Shown here piece by piece: positions 36,161 to 48,564 of a DNA stretch of 64,000 nt. The stretch is taken from positions 620,001 to 684,000 of the forward strand of contig NW_027117342.1 of the NCBI RefSeq assembly GCF_038025025.1, in the 5' to 3' direction. The notes beneath the pieces are model-generated. The model did no database searches. It saw nothing but the letters and a program-made list of their open reading frames with translations, and was not told the origin of the DNA. Every line of letters starts with the position of its first letter. Within the stretch, counting starts at the first letter, position 1. The position numbers and the translations under genes were made by a program. The DNA is from Phyllosticta citribraziliensis. Its lineage: Eukaryota.

Positions 36161-37558
36161 CTAAAAGATTGCCAGAATATTCGGCGGACTCGCCACACCA
36201 CCGGGCACATTGCAAACCTCGCTGGAGACGAAAAAAGAAAACCGCCCCGTTCGAGCACAGTGGTCCGCCAGCGCTTCCAGATCGAACAGCTCACCTATCG
36301 GACAGCCCCAGCCGGCCAGCAGCACCTCGTGCAGCTTCCAGTCCTTTTGCGACGGCCAGCACTCGAACGACGGATGGTCTCCGGCGACGGCCGAGAAGTT
36401 GTTCCAGATCCACTCGAGCATCTCCTCGCTCTGCTCCACGCCGGGGAAGCTGGGCGGGTTGGCCTTTGTGAGGGCTGTGATTTCCGTCTTGCTCTTGGAG
36501 TTGTAGGCGTGCATCCAGCCTGTCACTGTTAGTTTCCGTGGACTGGCGCTGGTGTCAAGAAGCGCGGTCGTGCTTCTTTTGACGCCCACTGCTCCGCTCT
36601 CTGATTGACGTACCGACGCGAAGCAACAGAATGTCGCCAAATTTGATCTCCACCCCCTGGTCTGCAGCTATCTCTTTGAGCTGGGACAGGGGAATCGAGC
36701 CCGATTGAAAGGCATCGAACGGCAGTCCCTTTTTGACGCGCCAGCTGTGGTAGTCCAGTAAAACGCCACGGCCAACAATGCCCTTTTCCGACCACGCTGA
36801 AGCCGTCAGAACCTTTCGATTCGCAATAATGGGCAAAGAAGGACTTACCGCCGATGCCATTCACCTTGGACGCGCCCTCGCCGCTGATCTGCTCCACAGT
36901 GACGCCGTTGTAAAACAGCTCCTCTTTCTGGTACCCAAAGTGCCGCAATCCGTCCCCTGAGCAAGCCGTCAGCATCGAACTGTCTCCTTTGGTGCGGGAC
37001 GAGCGGGACGAGCGGGGACGAAACATACACTGGCTACTGCACTGGCTGTTGAACGTCCACACGTCGTCGTGCACGATGCGCGGCGGCTTTTGATACACGT
37101 GCTGGTGGAAAACCTGCCGCCCGAAGAACGGCGTGTCGCGCTGGGCGTCCAGCGGCCAATTCAGGGAGATTCTACACGCAGCATTCGCGCAACTGGTCAG
37201 ATGGCATCGTTCTGAGAGATTGTGTTTTTCCTCGTTCTGTCACTCTTCGTTGGGGTGCTCCGAAAAACATACCGTACGCCGGACTTGATTTCTCCGGCGG
37301 CCGCTAGCACCACGTCGTCTGTGAGGCGATTGAGGAATCCCAGCTGGTCGTCTTCGCCGTATCTTGATTTCGTTAGCTCGTTTGTCTACCTCCCCATCCT
37401 CTCTATCTCGCGAACCACGCAGTCATTGGCCAGCAAAGCACGACTGGAATAGAAATGGGAAATGCGAAATACACTCACAAGCCCCAGGCCGAATGATGCG
37501 GATCGCCCTCTCGCAGCGGCAGCGCCGAGAAGGGAGGCAGCGATGGCGGCGGCGCCAT
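36161..37558 (-). CDS. Putative cyclase/kynurenine formamidase-like metal-dependent hydrolase, multi-exon
   Basis: HSAWGL/YGEDDQLGFLN, ISLNWPL, DDVWTFNSQCSSQ/WDGLRHFGY, GIVGRGVLLDY, GDILLLR, AVAGDHPSFE, GCPIGELFDLE, GGVASPPN. Confidence 0.88.
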
Positions 37559-38478
37559 TGCAGAGACGTCTGACGTGTGCAAGAATACGATATGCGATTA
37601 TGGATTGAATCGGTCAAGGGCAGCGTGAGGCGCAAGTCAAGCTTCGCCAGCAGTGTCGCGAGCCCCCCTCTCTCTCTCTCCAATGCTGTCGCGGCGCTCA
37701 CTATTAATCCCCGAGCAATCGCTCACCCTGCCTTATGTCTGCTCGACCCACCCACCCCACTGCCGATGCCCGTCCACCAGACCTACCGCCGCCCCCACGC
37801 TGCAGCGTCGCGCCGGCTGACGCGATGCGGGGTTCGGCAAGGCCCACCACATACACATGTACACACATACACGCAACAGCCTCACCTCCCCCCATAAGCG
37901 TGTCCATATCCGCCTCTGCCTCCCGCCCGTCTTCCGTCCCATTCTGTACGCGGGCGGAAGGTGGACGGGACGGCACGTGTGTGGCAGGTCAACGCGCCAG
38001 CCGGCGACCCGCCGAAAGCAGCGAAGAAAAGAAGGGCACGGCGCAATCAAAGGGGAAATCTTGACGCGAGGGCTTGTTTCGCGCGGCTTTGACTTTGCGT
38101 TGGGAGGCGGTTCGGGTTGCGTTTTGCGGGTGTTTTGTCTGGTGATGTACCTACATGTAGGTAGGTGGTGGTTTTCCGATGACGGACGGGTGGGGTGGCT
38201 TTTCCGATGGCGCGCTGATGTCGGTGGGTGGGTCCATGTGTGCTCATAGGGAATACCCTGCGTGGATGTCCTGGGAGGAGTAGCTGCTCTTGAGACCACA
38301 GACATAGTCGAATTTTCGAAACACCGTTTAGCTGTCGAAGGGCCCGTCGTGAAGAGCACAGAAAGCCTGCAATTCACCCACGCTCCCCAGCCCTCGTAGA
38401 GAAAGAGAAAGAGGAAGCTCCGTCCAATCTACCGTAGCCAAAAAGACCCAACGCCGGCTTTTGTCCAAAGACGCCAAT

Positions 38479-40609
38479 CTAGAACCACCCCACTCCATCC
38501 GCCATTTCCAGCACCTTGGCCGCAATCAATCCATCCTTGACCATTCCAACGAGCGCGGCTCTCACGACTTCCTTGTCGTCTGGGGATCGAATGTCGTCCA
38601 AGCACTCCACGCCCCTGGCGAACTTGGATATGCACACCTTGGCCCACGCCTCTTCCTGCTCTGGCCACCTTGGCCACTCAGCACCGGCAGCCAGTCTGGC
38701 CGCGCAACGCCTCGCCTCCTCCCACAGCTCGACGGCGCGCGCCTCAAAGCCCGCGGCGCCGGAGAAGCCGAACCGCGGCGCGTGGTCGACGAACGCCAGG
38801 TGCGCGTTGCGGTAGCGCCAGTACGCGTCGCCGGCCGAGAGGAGCAGCGCGGGCTGCTTTTCGGGCTCGACGAGCGGCGGCGCCGCTTGTGTGAGGAGGT
38901 ACAACGCGCGGTGCAGGGCGTCGAAGTAGAGGTCGGGGAGTGGCAGGTTCAGCATGATGTCCGGGTCGATGGCGAGTTGGTCCAGCGGGACGGGAATCTC
39001 GGACCACTTTTTGATTTCGTCCTTGTCCATTGAGTCGTTGGTGCGGTCGTTGCAGTCGAAGATGTACTTTTCCTCGCTGGCGCGCCGGGCGTCGGCGGAT
39101 GGCGAGATGGCGTCGACGAGGTCGAGCAGCGCGTCGGCGTAGGCGCATACGCCTTCTGCAGTGGGCGGGAGAGACGACGGGTCCTGAACCATCTGGGGTG
39201 TTTTGCCCTCGACCAAAGAGGGAAAACTGTATACATGTTTGAAGGAGTCGCGGAGGTGGAAATACCACGCCTGAGGTAGCTTTTCGGGGTCACCCAGTTT
39301 TCTCTGGGGATCACCAAGGCGGAAGTGTATGTCGCAGTAGGAAGATTTGAAAATGGCCTGGCCAAGGGCGAGTTCACGCTTGGCTTCTTCCCAGGGGCTC
39401 AAGGGAGGTGCCGATTTGACTGGTGCTGCACCAATGGTGAGAGAGAGTGAACGTGGTGCTTGAAAGGTCAGTATAAGAGACCGACGACGGATTGAGTCTT
39501 ACCGGGTGCTGGACGTTCGCGCGACAGCTTGTCCATGTACTTTTGGTATGCGGTCGAGTACATCTTGGAAGTTCTCTCGATAATACCCTCCATCTCGGCG
39601 AATCGATCTGGAGGCAGAATGTGCATCAGGTCGGATACCATGCCACCCAGCGAGGATATGGTGTCTAGAATCGCGCGCTCCGTGACGGTTTCCTCCACCG
39701 TGGCATACTCGCTCGACGAGGGTGCTGCATCGGGAGGAGCGACAGGTAATGACCATGAAGCCAAGGCCTCCCGAGTCTCTGGTTGCATGGGGCCGTTTGC
39801 CGAATCAATGAAAGCTTGCCATTCGGCGTACTCCGCTTCCTGGTCGTCAAAGATTTGGGTCATGAAGAGAATGGCTTCGAGGTAGAGGTCAACACCGTCG
39901 CCCTCGTTTGCTTCTTCCAGCTCCTCGGCGAGATCCGACATGACCGTGGCCGTGTTGAATCGGACGTCGACGTTCTTGTCGTTGACTTTCATGGCGAAGA
40001 GATGCGACTCGAGCGTCTGCTTGAGCATATCGATGCGAGGGTGTTTGAATTCGCGTGCAATCCGTGCGTCTTGGGTAATTTCGTATTCAAGTAATGCTCT
40101 GCAATGATAATGATTAATGATGAAGAGTTGAGATGATCGCGTCTCGAGTTGGTCAAGGTGGTACTGTTGCCCGTGGGTGCGCCTGCTTCACAACCACGGT
40201 TTCCACAACCACGGCTGGCACAACTTCGGGCACTCGAACAAAACAATCACGACGAAGAAGAGAACCTACTTGTTATACGCAAGGTCAAACGACGTGGGAT
40301 ATTTGGCGAGTCCCGCAGCATAAGCATCAATGGCGCGCTGGAAGAAGCGCGCCGATTTAGCAGCATCGCCCGCGCGCCATTTGCCCGCCGCCTTTTCGTG
40401 CTCGTCAGCAGCATCCAGAAAGTCGTCCTCGGTCTCGGGCTCCTGCTTTGCGTCAGTCGCCGACAATTCCAGGCTCCAAGTTGCGGTCTGTCTGAGATGA
40501 GCGGACACGACTTTTGCTGACTTACCGGGGGCTGCTTCTTCTTGCCTGCGGTTGCGCCGGGCTTTGCCTTTGAGGCTGATTGTTGGACGAAATGTTTCTT
40601 CTTGGGCAT
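38479..40609 (-). CDS. Helical-repeat (TPR-like) hypothetical protein, 4 exons
   Basis: MPKKKHF..., EPETEDDFLDAADEHEKAAGKWRAGDAAKSARFF, SFDLAYNK/ALLEYE, DVRFNTA. GT-AG introns join ORFs 40266, 39468 and 38479. Confidence 0.78.
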
Positions 40610-40821
40610 GGTGTGCAATGTGTTTGGTTTGATGAAGCAGAGGCCAAGGTCCGGTGTTGAGTGATGGCAGTGGATGAGTCAGCGGGCGTCCGAAATTTCT
40701 CCCACGCATTTCGCGTACCCTGCGATTCCATCACAGTTCAGGACAGCGACATGAACAAACATCGACTCGTTAATTCATGGCATGCATCTGTCTGCCAAAG
40801 CCATCCAACCCCAAAAGCACG

Positions 40822-41243
40822 CTAGAGCTTCCCCGTATCAAACGCATCCCACCGCAATTTCTGATCCACCAGCATGCCATTCGCATCGAACCGCACCCCC
40901 TCGTCCTCCAGCAACCGCAACTTGGACGTCTGATTCTGTCCGCTGGGCGTCTTTTCCCAGTCGCCCTTGAAGCCGCCGACGTACTGTCGCGAGGTCAGCA
41001 CGCCCTCATCCGGGTTTGCAGGAGACTCACCCCACTGCTCGCAATGCACCGATGACATGGCACTTCGGGCGCGAATGGATTGTTGCGCAACGCGCCGCCG
41101 ATGGCGCGAGGGGACGAGTGCAGCGCTTTGGCTAGTGCGGCGTAGGTCGTTACCCTGCCCGAGGGGATCTGCAGCAGCAGCGTGTACACGCGCGTTTGGT
41201 ATTCGGAGACGGTTTGAGCCATGGCTTTGGATAGGAGAGACAT
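40822..41243 (-). CDS. O6-alkylguanine-DNA alkyltransferase-type protein (single DNA-binding domain, PCHR motif)
   Basis: IPSGRVTTYAALA, SPRAIGGALRNNP, VPCHRC, 47-nt intron, YVGGFKG...KLRLLEDEGV. Confidence 0.88.
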
Positions 41244-44200
41244 GGAGTTTGCAATGTGGGCGATGGAGGAAGATGAGGGTGAGATGCGTATGACTGTCCG
41301 GTTGACGCGGCGCACGGCGCGCCATCACATGACGACGCTTTCCCAATTTGGACACCGTGGTGAGGGCCTTGCCGGTGTAAAAATAATTATAATGGGAGCC
41401 AAAAGAAACAGCGATCGGATCCCTCTATTGGTGAGTTCTACGGATGAGAGCTCTTGAGCATAGCCGTGGTGCTGCATGAACGCTCCGCGAGCGTAATCAA
41501 CCTCAACTCCCTCAGTGGCTCCGCAGTGCTGGGAATATAAATTTCTCTCCAGCCGCAGACCTGTCCAATGCCGTCCGCCACCAGCTACTCTATCCTACCT
41601 TACCTGTTATTCGACAATGCGCTACGAAGCCGCGTCGACACAAATACGCTTACCTTACTGCCTACCGCCTACCAACCTCTCCATCATTCTCATACAATCT
41701 TGCGGTTAAGCAAGAGCGGCAGCAGCGGGGCCAGGCGAAGCGGGATCGGGAACCAAACCAAACCACGAGCAGACGGCCTCGACCAGGCCCAGCCAGGTCG
41801 GGCGACGCGGATGCACCCGTGGTCTAGATTTTTGTGCAGCGCGCGTCAACTCAGCTCCGCTTAGCGCGGGTTCGGCTGGAGTCTACCAAACAGCGGCAAC
41901 ACAAATTCATCTTCGAGAAGCACGATTGTTGGCGAAAAAATGCGCCGCGCGTCGACAAGAGCTAGTTGTGTTCTGTACACCCCGAATGTGTGCGGCGCGC
42001 CGGCTACGGTACATCAGCCACGTATGCACAGGAGCTCGCAGGTAGTTCGACAAGGTCAGAGCTGCTGAAGATAGAGAGAGCACGCAGACGGTGCAACATG
42101 AGCGGCGAGGCGAGGCGAGGCGAGGCGCAGCGGGAACGCAGAGCGCATCCCCGGTTCCTGCACCCCGTCGCAGCGGAGCACGCGTGGGAGAAGGCGCACG
42201 CCCAGGCGTGTTGGGCAGTGCGGGTGGAGCGGAGGTAGGATGACGGTGACGGTGGTGGTGTGGTGGCTGTGAAAGATTCTGCCGCAAGACTTGCCATCGA
42301 GGCGGTTTGATTTGTGTTGTGGATGCAGCGAGAGTGCAGGCCGTGGTGTTGAAGATGTTCTAGCCAAAACAGGCCGCTCTTCTGCACCGATTCTAGAAGC
42401 CCGCGTGCGTGCATGGAAGCGCTCGTAGGAGCAGCCGAACGCTCTAGGACCTAGCTGGCTGGCTGCCCCTAGCGACGGTTGCGCCGTAGCGCTAGAGGCC
42501 TGGAAGCCCACTTTCAGCAGTTGATAGCGTGCCAACCACCATGCGGGCGGCGAGGCTTCTCCAGCCCAAGTCTGGCTCGTCAAATGCGAAATACTCACCG
42601 CTATAGGGCCTCTACGCTGCAACTTCTAATTGCAAGGCGGACGCTAGTCGGCATCGGGGAATTGCGGGGTCCACTGAATAGATTGAAGCTTTGTTGTCGC
42701 TTCGCCGCGATCAAGTCGACAAGTTTGTTGCGTCGCTTTAAGGGTACAGGTGGATTTTGGGCCGTTTCATGCTGCCGACGTGGAGACGAGGGATATTCTC
42801 GCGGGGCAAACATGTCCTTCTCCAGCCTGTGGATTGATGGTGTGAATTCCGAGCGGTCGGGATGGCTGTCATGGCAGGAGTTGTATGGCCAGACGTGGCC
42901 AGAGTTCAACGTTGCTTTGTGGCCGCTGCGTGGTGGTGAGCTGACTGCCGAGGTTGTTGACAATATGCAGCGATTGATGAAAAGGATTGGTCCGATGAGA
43001 TTGTTTCGGCCATGGTGGAATCTTCCGAATCATTCGTTTTACTGCGCGACAAAATGTCTCGTTGGATGAAAGAATGAAGCAGCCATGTGCTTGGCTCTTG
43101 ACATGTCGACCGAGCGAGCCTGGGCAGAAGGGAGAAACAGGCTGTTGACCGCCACTGACAACGGCGAGCAAAAGGCGGTGATGAGATGGGGTGTTGGTGG
43201 CAGTCTGCGACGGAAATGAAGGTCAGCCTGAAGGAGGGCGACGAAACGTTGCGGCTACATGCAGGCGGCGCATGTGCGTCCGTGGCAGCGGCAGTGGCGC
43301 AGAGGCCATGCGGGTCCAAGTTGTAGAGTCGCAAGAGCACCATTCACAGCGAAATAGGCTGGCGGTAGGTACCGTCGAATCCTTGGTTTTGGTGTTGCAG
43401 AATGATTGTGTTGCTTGCATGTATGCGAGTAGATTCTCTGAGCGTTGACCACCGGACCGTCCCGAGAGTTTTTTCAGTGTCGAGAGGACAAGTCGTGGAC
43501 CATTTGCAGGGAAGAATAGCAACACGTGTGACACGATGGACTAGGCATGCATGGCAGAGAAGAATGCGGCGGTTGTACAGGGCATCACTTTTTCGACTCT
43601 CCTCCTGACTTGACTCTTGTCGTCGAGACAGAGTCGGGGCCTGTGCAGCGAGCTCGTATCGCGACGATCGGACACGCCGTGGGATAATAGTCGGGCGTCT
43701 TGTCACAGTCCACACAGAGCCGCCGCACAGTCGTGTTTTCGTGGGGCCAAGGTCGAGGTCAGCTGGCGGCTGTCAAAAACGCAAGCCCCGTGTGCGACAG
43801 GACAACATGGCGACAGAGTGGCTATATTTGAAGTTGCTATGGCGCTTCCCCAGGCCAAGACGAGGGGATGGAGATCAGCGCGATTTGCAGATTGGCGATG
43901 CTGCCTCGTACCGACGGATAGCCCACAAGCTCGTACTGGAGTGCAGGTGGTGGTTTGGTTGAAGCAGAGGCAGCGTCGGTGGCCATGACGTGGGCCAGTG
44001 CTCTCAGGGAATGAAGAGTGACAGGGGCCAGCAGATGACGGCAACGCGGCCGCGATAATTTCTCGAGATGTGCGGACGGTGGTGTCTCGGAGCATTTACG
44101 CAATAGGCAACCTTCATCTGTCGTCGGGATTATTTCATGGACCAACGGGGCGGCGAGACGGGGATGCAGCCAGCAGGGAGGCTCGGCAGGCGGCAAGACC

Positions 44201-44934
44201 AGGCCGGACGCAGCATGACCAGGCCGGACGCAGCATGACCGAGGCCAACGACGGGTTCTGGAAGCAATTGGTGTGGAGTCGTGATGGATCTGCCAAGCGG
44301 GGTGGGACGACGACTGCGGGCGGCGGAGCACAGGCGCTAGGGACTGACTATTGGCAGAGGATGGCTGGCTGGCTGGCGGTGGTGGCCGCGGCAACCCGTT
44401 GGTGAGAGGGCGAGTTGTAGTTGTGGTACTGGTCGAGGGCTGACAGCCACGCGCTTGATCACCGACGGGGATGGGCTCCTGTTCCTGTTCCTGTTCCTGA
44501 CGGGCGGCGCGAAGACCTTGGCTCTCTTGCGTCGAGGTTAGGGGCTGGCCGGCCCAATTTTAAGCATACGTAGGCCCAGGGCAAGGTGATCCTTTCTTAA
44601 TTGCGCGACGTCCTCTCCGCATTGTTTATGAAACACCTGCACTGGTAGCGTCTCCCTCGTGGCGCGACCCCCGTCCCCGTCCTTCTCTCTCGCTTGAGCT
44701 TCTTGTTATTACTGCCCAGCCCACCATTCCTTGACTCTCTTCTCTCCTTCTCCACCACCGCTCCCTCGACATCACCCTTCCGTCACCTCGTCGTCGTCGG
44801 TCAGTCGTTCATTCGTCCTTCTCGGGCCTTTTCACTCTTTATTGTCCTGCGCGGACTGCCATTCCTTTAGACGACCGCTCCCCTTCGTTCCTGGCCGCCA
44901 ATCTCGTTGATCGATTCCCTGCCGTCCCGACATT

Positions 44935-46025
44935 ATGCGTTCCTCAGTCCTCCTGTCGGCCGCCTTTGCTGCCAATGCCCTGGCCGTCCCCGCCAGACTC
45001 GACAAGCGCGTCTATGTCACCGACCTGGAATTCGTCACCGTCACCCAGCTCGTCACCGAGGGCGTCGAGCTGCCTGCCATCACCTCCACCATAACCCTCT
45101 CCGAGGCCCCCGTCGAGACTTTCCCCGTCCAAGTCTCGACCTTCGCCCCCCCTCCCCCGCCGCCTGCGACCACCGAGACTCCCATCATCGTCGTGCCAAC
45201 CACAACTCCCACGCCTACCTCCACCCAGGCCCCCACGACCGAGTCTCCTCCTCCCGCTCCCACCACCACCTCCTCCTCCTCCCCGTCCGTCAACGTGGCC
45301 AACATTCCGACTCCCACCACCACCCCGTCCAAGACGGGTGGCTTCAACTACCAGCCGCTGTGTGCCACGCCCGATGCTCAATCCGGCTCCCAATTGACCA
45401 CCACCCCCAACACGGACGCCGCCAAGAAGTGGTTGGCCTACCACAATGCCCACCGCACCAACCACACCACTTGCTCCATGTACTGGGACTACAGCCTGGA
45501 GGCCGAGGCGAAGAAGGCCGCCGACACTTGCGTCTACGCCCACACCAAGTCGTAAGTCTCATGCTTCCCTGCCTTGTTCAAACTAACCCGAGCAGTGACG
45601 GCCAAAACATGGCCGAGTACACCGTCTACGGCACCCAGCTCACCGCTGACAACATGACCACTGCCGCCGGCACCTTTTCCAACATGTACTACTCCGAGGG
45701 CCAGTACTTCAACGGCTTCTACGGCCTGGCCACCCCCACCACCTCGCAGGACACCGGTCACTTTACGCAAATGATCTGGAAGGACAGCTACGCCGTCGGC
45801 TGTGCCACCACCCAGTGCAACAGCATGCTGCTGAGCTTCTGCAACTACTACCCTGGTGGTATGTTTTCCTCGTCTGGCTTCGAATTCCTACTGACAGTCC
45901 CAGGCAACATTTTGACAACCTACGCCCTCAACGTTCTTGACCTCATCACGTCGCCCCTGCCGCCTCTTTGCGCCGAGTCTGGCGATGCCCCGGGCTGCAT
46001 TTCGGACGCCTCGCTGGGTCTCTAA
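44935..46025 (+). CDS. Secreted CAP/SCP/PR-1 (Pry-like) protein with a Pro/Thr-rich N-terminal stalk
   Basis: Signal peptide, LDKR site, HNAHR, GQNMA, GHFTQMIWKDSYAVGCA, FCNYYPG/GN. Two introns. Confidence 0.9.
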
Positions 46026-48540
46026 GTGCATTCCTGCATGGATGCGAGGATGCTGTAAATTTCGCCCTGTTCTGGACCCTGTCCCTGTGGCGTCATTCTG
46101 CTATGCGGGTACCCGCCGCGACGCAAGGGATGGCGCCTGGTGACCCGAGACTTGGGAATGTTTCAACCTGCGTCGTCTTGCATCCCTCGGCCACCTTGCG
46201 CCTTTCTTGTTCCTCATTTCTGCATGGCTTTACGGGGTTGGACGGTCACGGTAGGCTCTCTTGCACATGCAAATACCGGTGGGGTGGGTCTGGGGTTTAG
46301 CATTGGACAAGCTCTTTTTTCCTGCCGAAGCCACTTTTTCTTTCGTTGTACATTTTGTCTTTCTCTTCTCATGACCCCCTATGGTTGCATGCATCACACC
46401 CACTCCACACTCCCTGACTTTGGTCCCCTTTCTTGCCTGCGCGCGGTCGCGGCGACCAAAGAAAATCTTGTGTTTTTGTTGTACAGCTGCCTTTATATCT
46501 TCGCTTCTTTGCTACTGGTCGACCCACCTGTCAAGCACCTTTAGAGGGTGAGCGCGGAAGCGCCTAGCGCGTTGCTTGCTGCTCGCTCGCCTTTACATAT
46601 TTCTGTCGTTATAACGAATGAAGAGAGAAATCTCATGAATCATGAGCTTCAATGGTTGGTATTCCCGTGCTGATTACAGTCTTAGTGTGGTGGTATGGAT
46701 GAAGCCATCATGTGCACCTCATGATGCCTGTGAAGCTAGGGGCGTCTGCCTTGAGAGTCCTCGTGGTGTCGCGCGTGTGTTCTTCCTTGCCTACATGAAA
46801 CAATTCTTTGGTACGTCCTACCTCACATCTACACCTCCTAACTACGGCCGCATCCATCTACTTTACTCCTGCCAAGGACGACAGCTCTTGCCAGCACACC
46901 CTCTTACGCACACTCGCTGCTACAATTCTCGCCCTCAACCCCTCATCCCGCACTACCGCCATCCTCCCTTGACGAGGTCGTTAGCAAAGAGGTCATGCGC
47001 AGAGAGCCTTGACGCTGCACGTCTCAAAGATTACGCAGATGGACAAGAAGCATTCGACACGCCTCGACAGCAGGCACACCTACTGAATGACTGCGCCAAA
47101 GAAGCCCTTGCGCCTTGCTCCACCACCACCACTTCGCCTTGTCATCAACAGCACCATCACCCTCCTTTGACGACCTCTCCCTCTCCCACTCCCTCATTCC
47201 CAGTCCCGTCCCTGAAAGTTCCTGACCGTTCCTGACTAACGCACCAACCCGTCCAGGCCATCCCCGCCACAGCATTCGCCCCTCGCCGCGACTCTCGACC
47301 GCGTCAAGGTGCATCCCCGCATGCCTTTTCCACCAGTCATGCTTCTTCCCAGCAGTCCGTCATTTTCCCTCCCAGCGGCCAGTCATGCCTCTTCCCGGCA
47401 CCGCCGCGGCCGCCCGGCGTCGCACTCGGCTCGGCGCCATGAGCGCTCCCTCAGGTCGTCTGCCTGTCTGCACACTTCATGGCGTATTAGTGGGACATGT
47501 CGGCGGGAGCGCTACGCAACGCAGCGCACGCAGCCCAGGACGTGCGGTGGGCGGTAGGTGGTGTGCCGAGCCGACGCATGTGCCGACATGATGGGCCTGG
47601 GATGCGCGAGGTGCGGCAGTTGCTGGCTGCATCGGCCATCCAGCCACACGGGCAGACGGCGGATCTTGTTCCTCTCCCTCCCACGTCCGCTGTAGTACTG
47701 AGCAACGGGCAGGGCAGGGCGGCTCTTTCGTCCGCCTCTGTGCAGCGCCCGCCCGCCCCAGATGTCGCCACCCTCATTTGGCAGCGCAACTCTGATTCTA
47801 ACAATACACACGCGCGCGCGCTCTTTGTGCATGCATGCGTGCGTGCAAGTCAAGCTCCAGCTTCGTTTGCGAGTTATGCTTCTCGCGGACAGATTGGGCA
47901 AGTGGCTGCTTGCGCTAGAATCTTCGAGCCACTCGACCGATGCAGCCGTGGCGCCCCACCCACCCACCGTAATGCGGAAAGGCAAGTAGGCTAGGTAGGT
48001 GGGTATGTAGGCAAATGTGGGTGTATAAAGGTACAGACTCAGCAACCCCGCCTCCGCCGCCGCCGCGCGAGTGCATTGGCTCGCTTGTTCGTATCGCTCA
48101 TCTCTCGTCATGTCTCGGCCTGCGTGATGCCTGGCCACATACTCATGGCATGTCTGTGTCTGTACTGCCTATGCTGGAGTTGCAATTTTCCGACTTGTGC
48201 CCCCGCCGCCGCCGCCGTTGCTGCTTCTGGCGGTCTTGGGAACCCACTCACGTGCTTGCGCTGCTTGTTGTAGATTGTTTGCGGCGTGGGATGGGAAAAG
48301 AGCTGCGCGCTGGCCAATAGGTGGAGGGACGACGGGCAAAGAGGCAGACGTGTGCCGAAATAAAGCGGCTTTTACGGGGCCAATGAGGTTGCGGGAATGG
48401 CGCTTTCTCTACTTACCTACATATGGCCAAGGACACACCTACGCCTAGCCTACATTACGCTACCCACCCACCTGTGCGCTTAGTCGCCGCTGACTGCTCG
48501 TTGAGTAAACCACTTTGGAGGTACAGCGCCAGCCGTTCGT

Positions 48541-48564
48541 GACGACGACGACGACGACGACGAC
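48541..48564. repeat. (GAC)8 microsatellite
   Basis: Direct count. Confidence 0.9.

Noticed and set aside
38148..38163. Perfect 16-bp palindrome TACCTACATGTAGGTA
   Set aside because: Built from the TACCTAC/GTAGGTA low-complexity motif common in fungal intergenic DNA; single instance.
42479..43069. Trp-rich ORF (MSFSSLWIDG...) in the intergenic desert
   Set aside because: No clear start context, codon bias or family motif; cannot be supported as a gene.
44197..44240. 20-bp direct duplication (also a 17-bp duplication at ~17356 and (GAGGC)n at ~42106)
   Set aside because: Simple slippage duplications with no further structure.
46642..47235. 197-aa ORF with an intron-like gtacgt...ctaac...aag segment
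   Set aside because: The product looks non-globular and the signals could be chance; needs RNA evidence.
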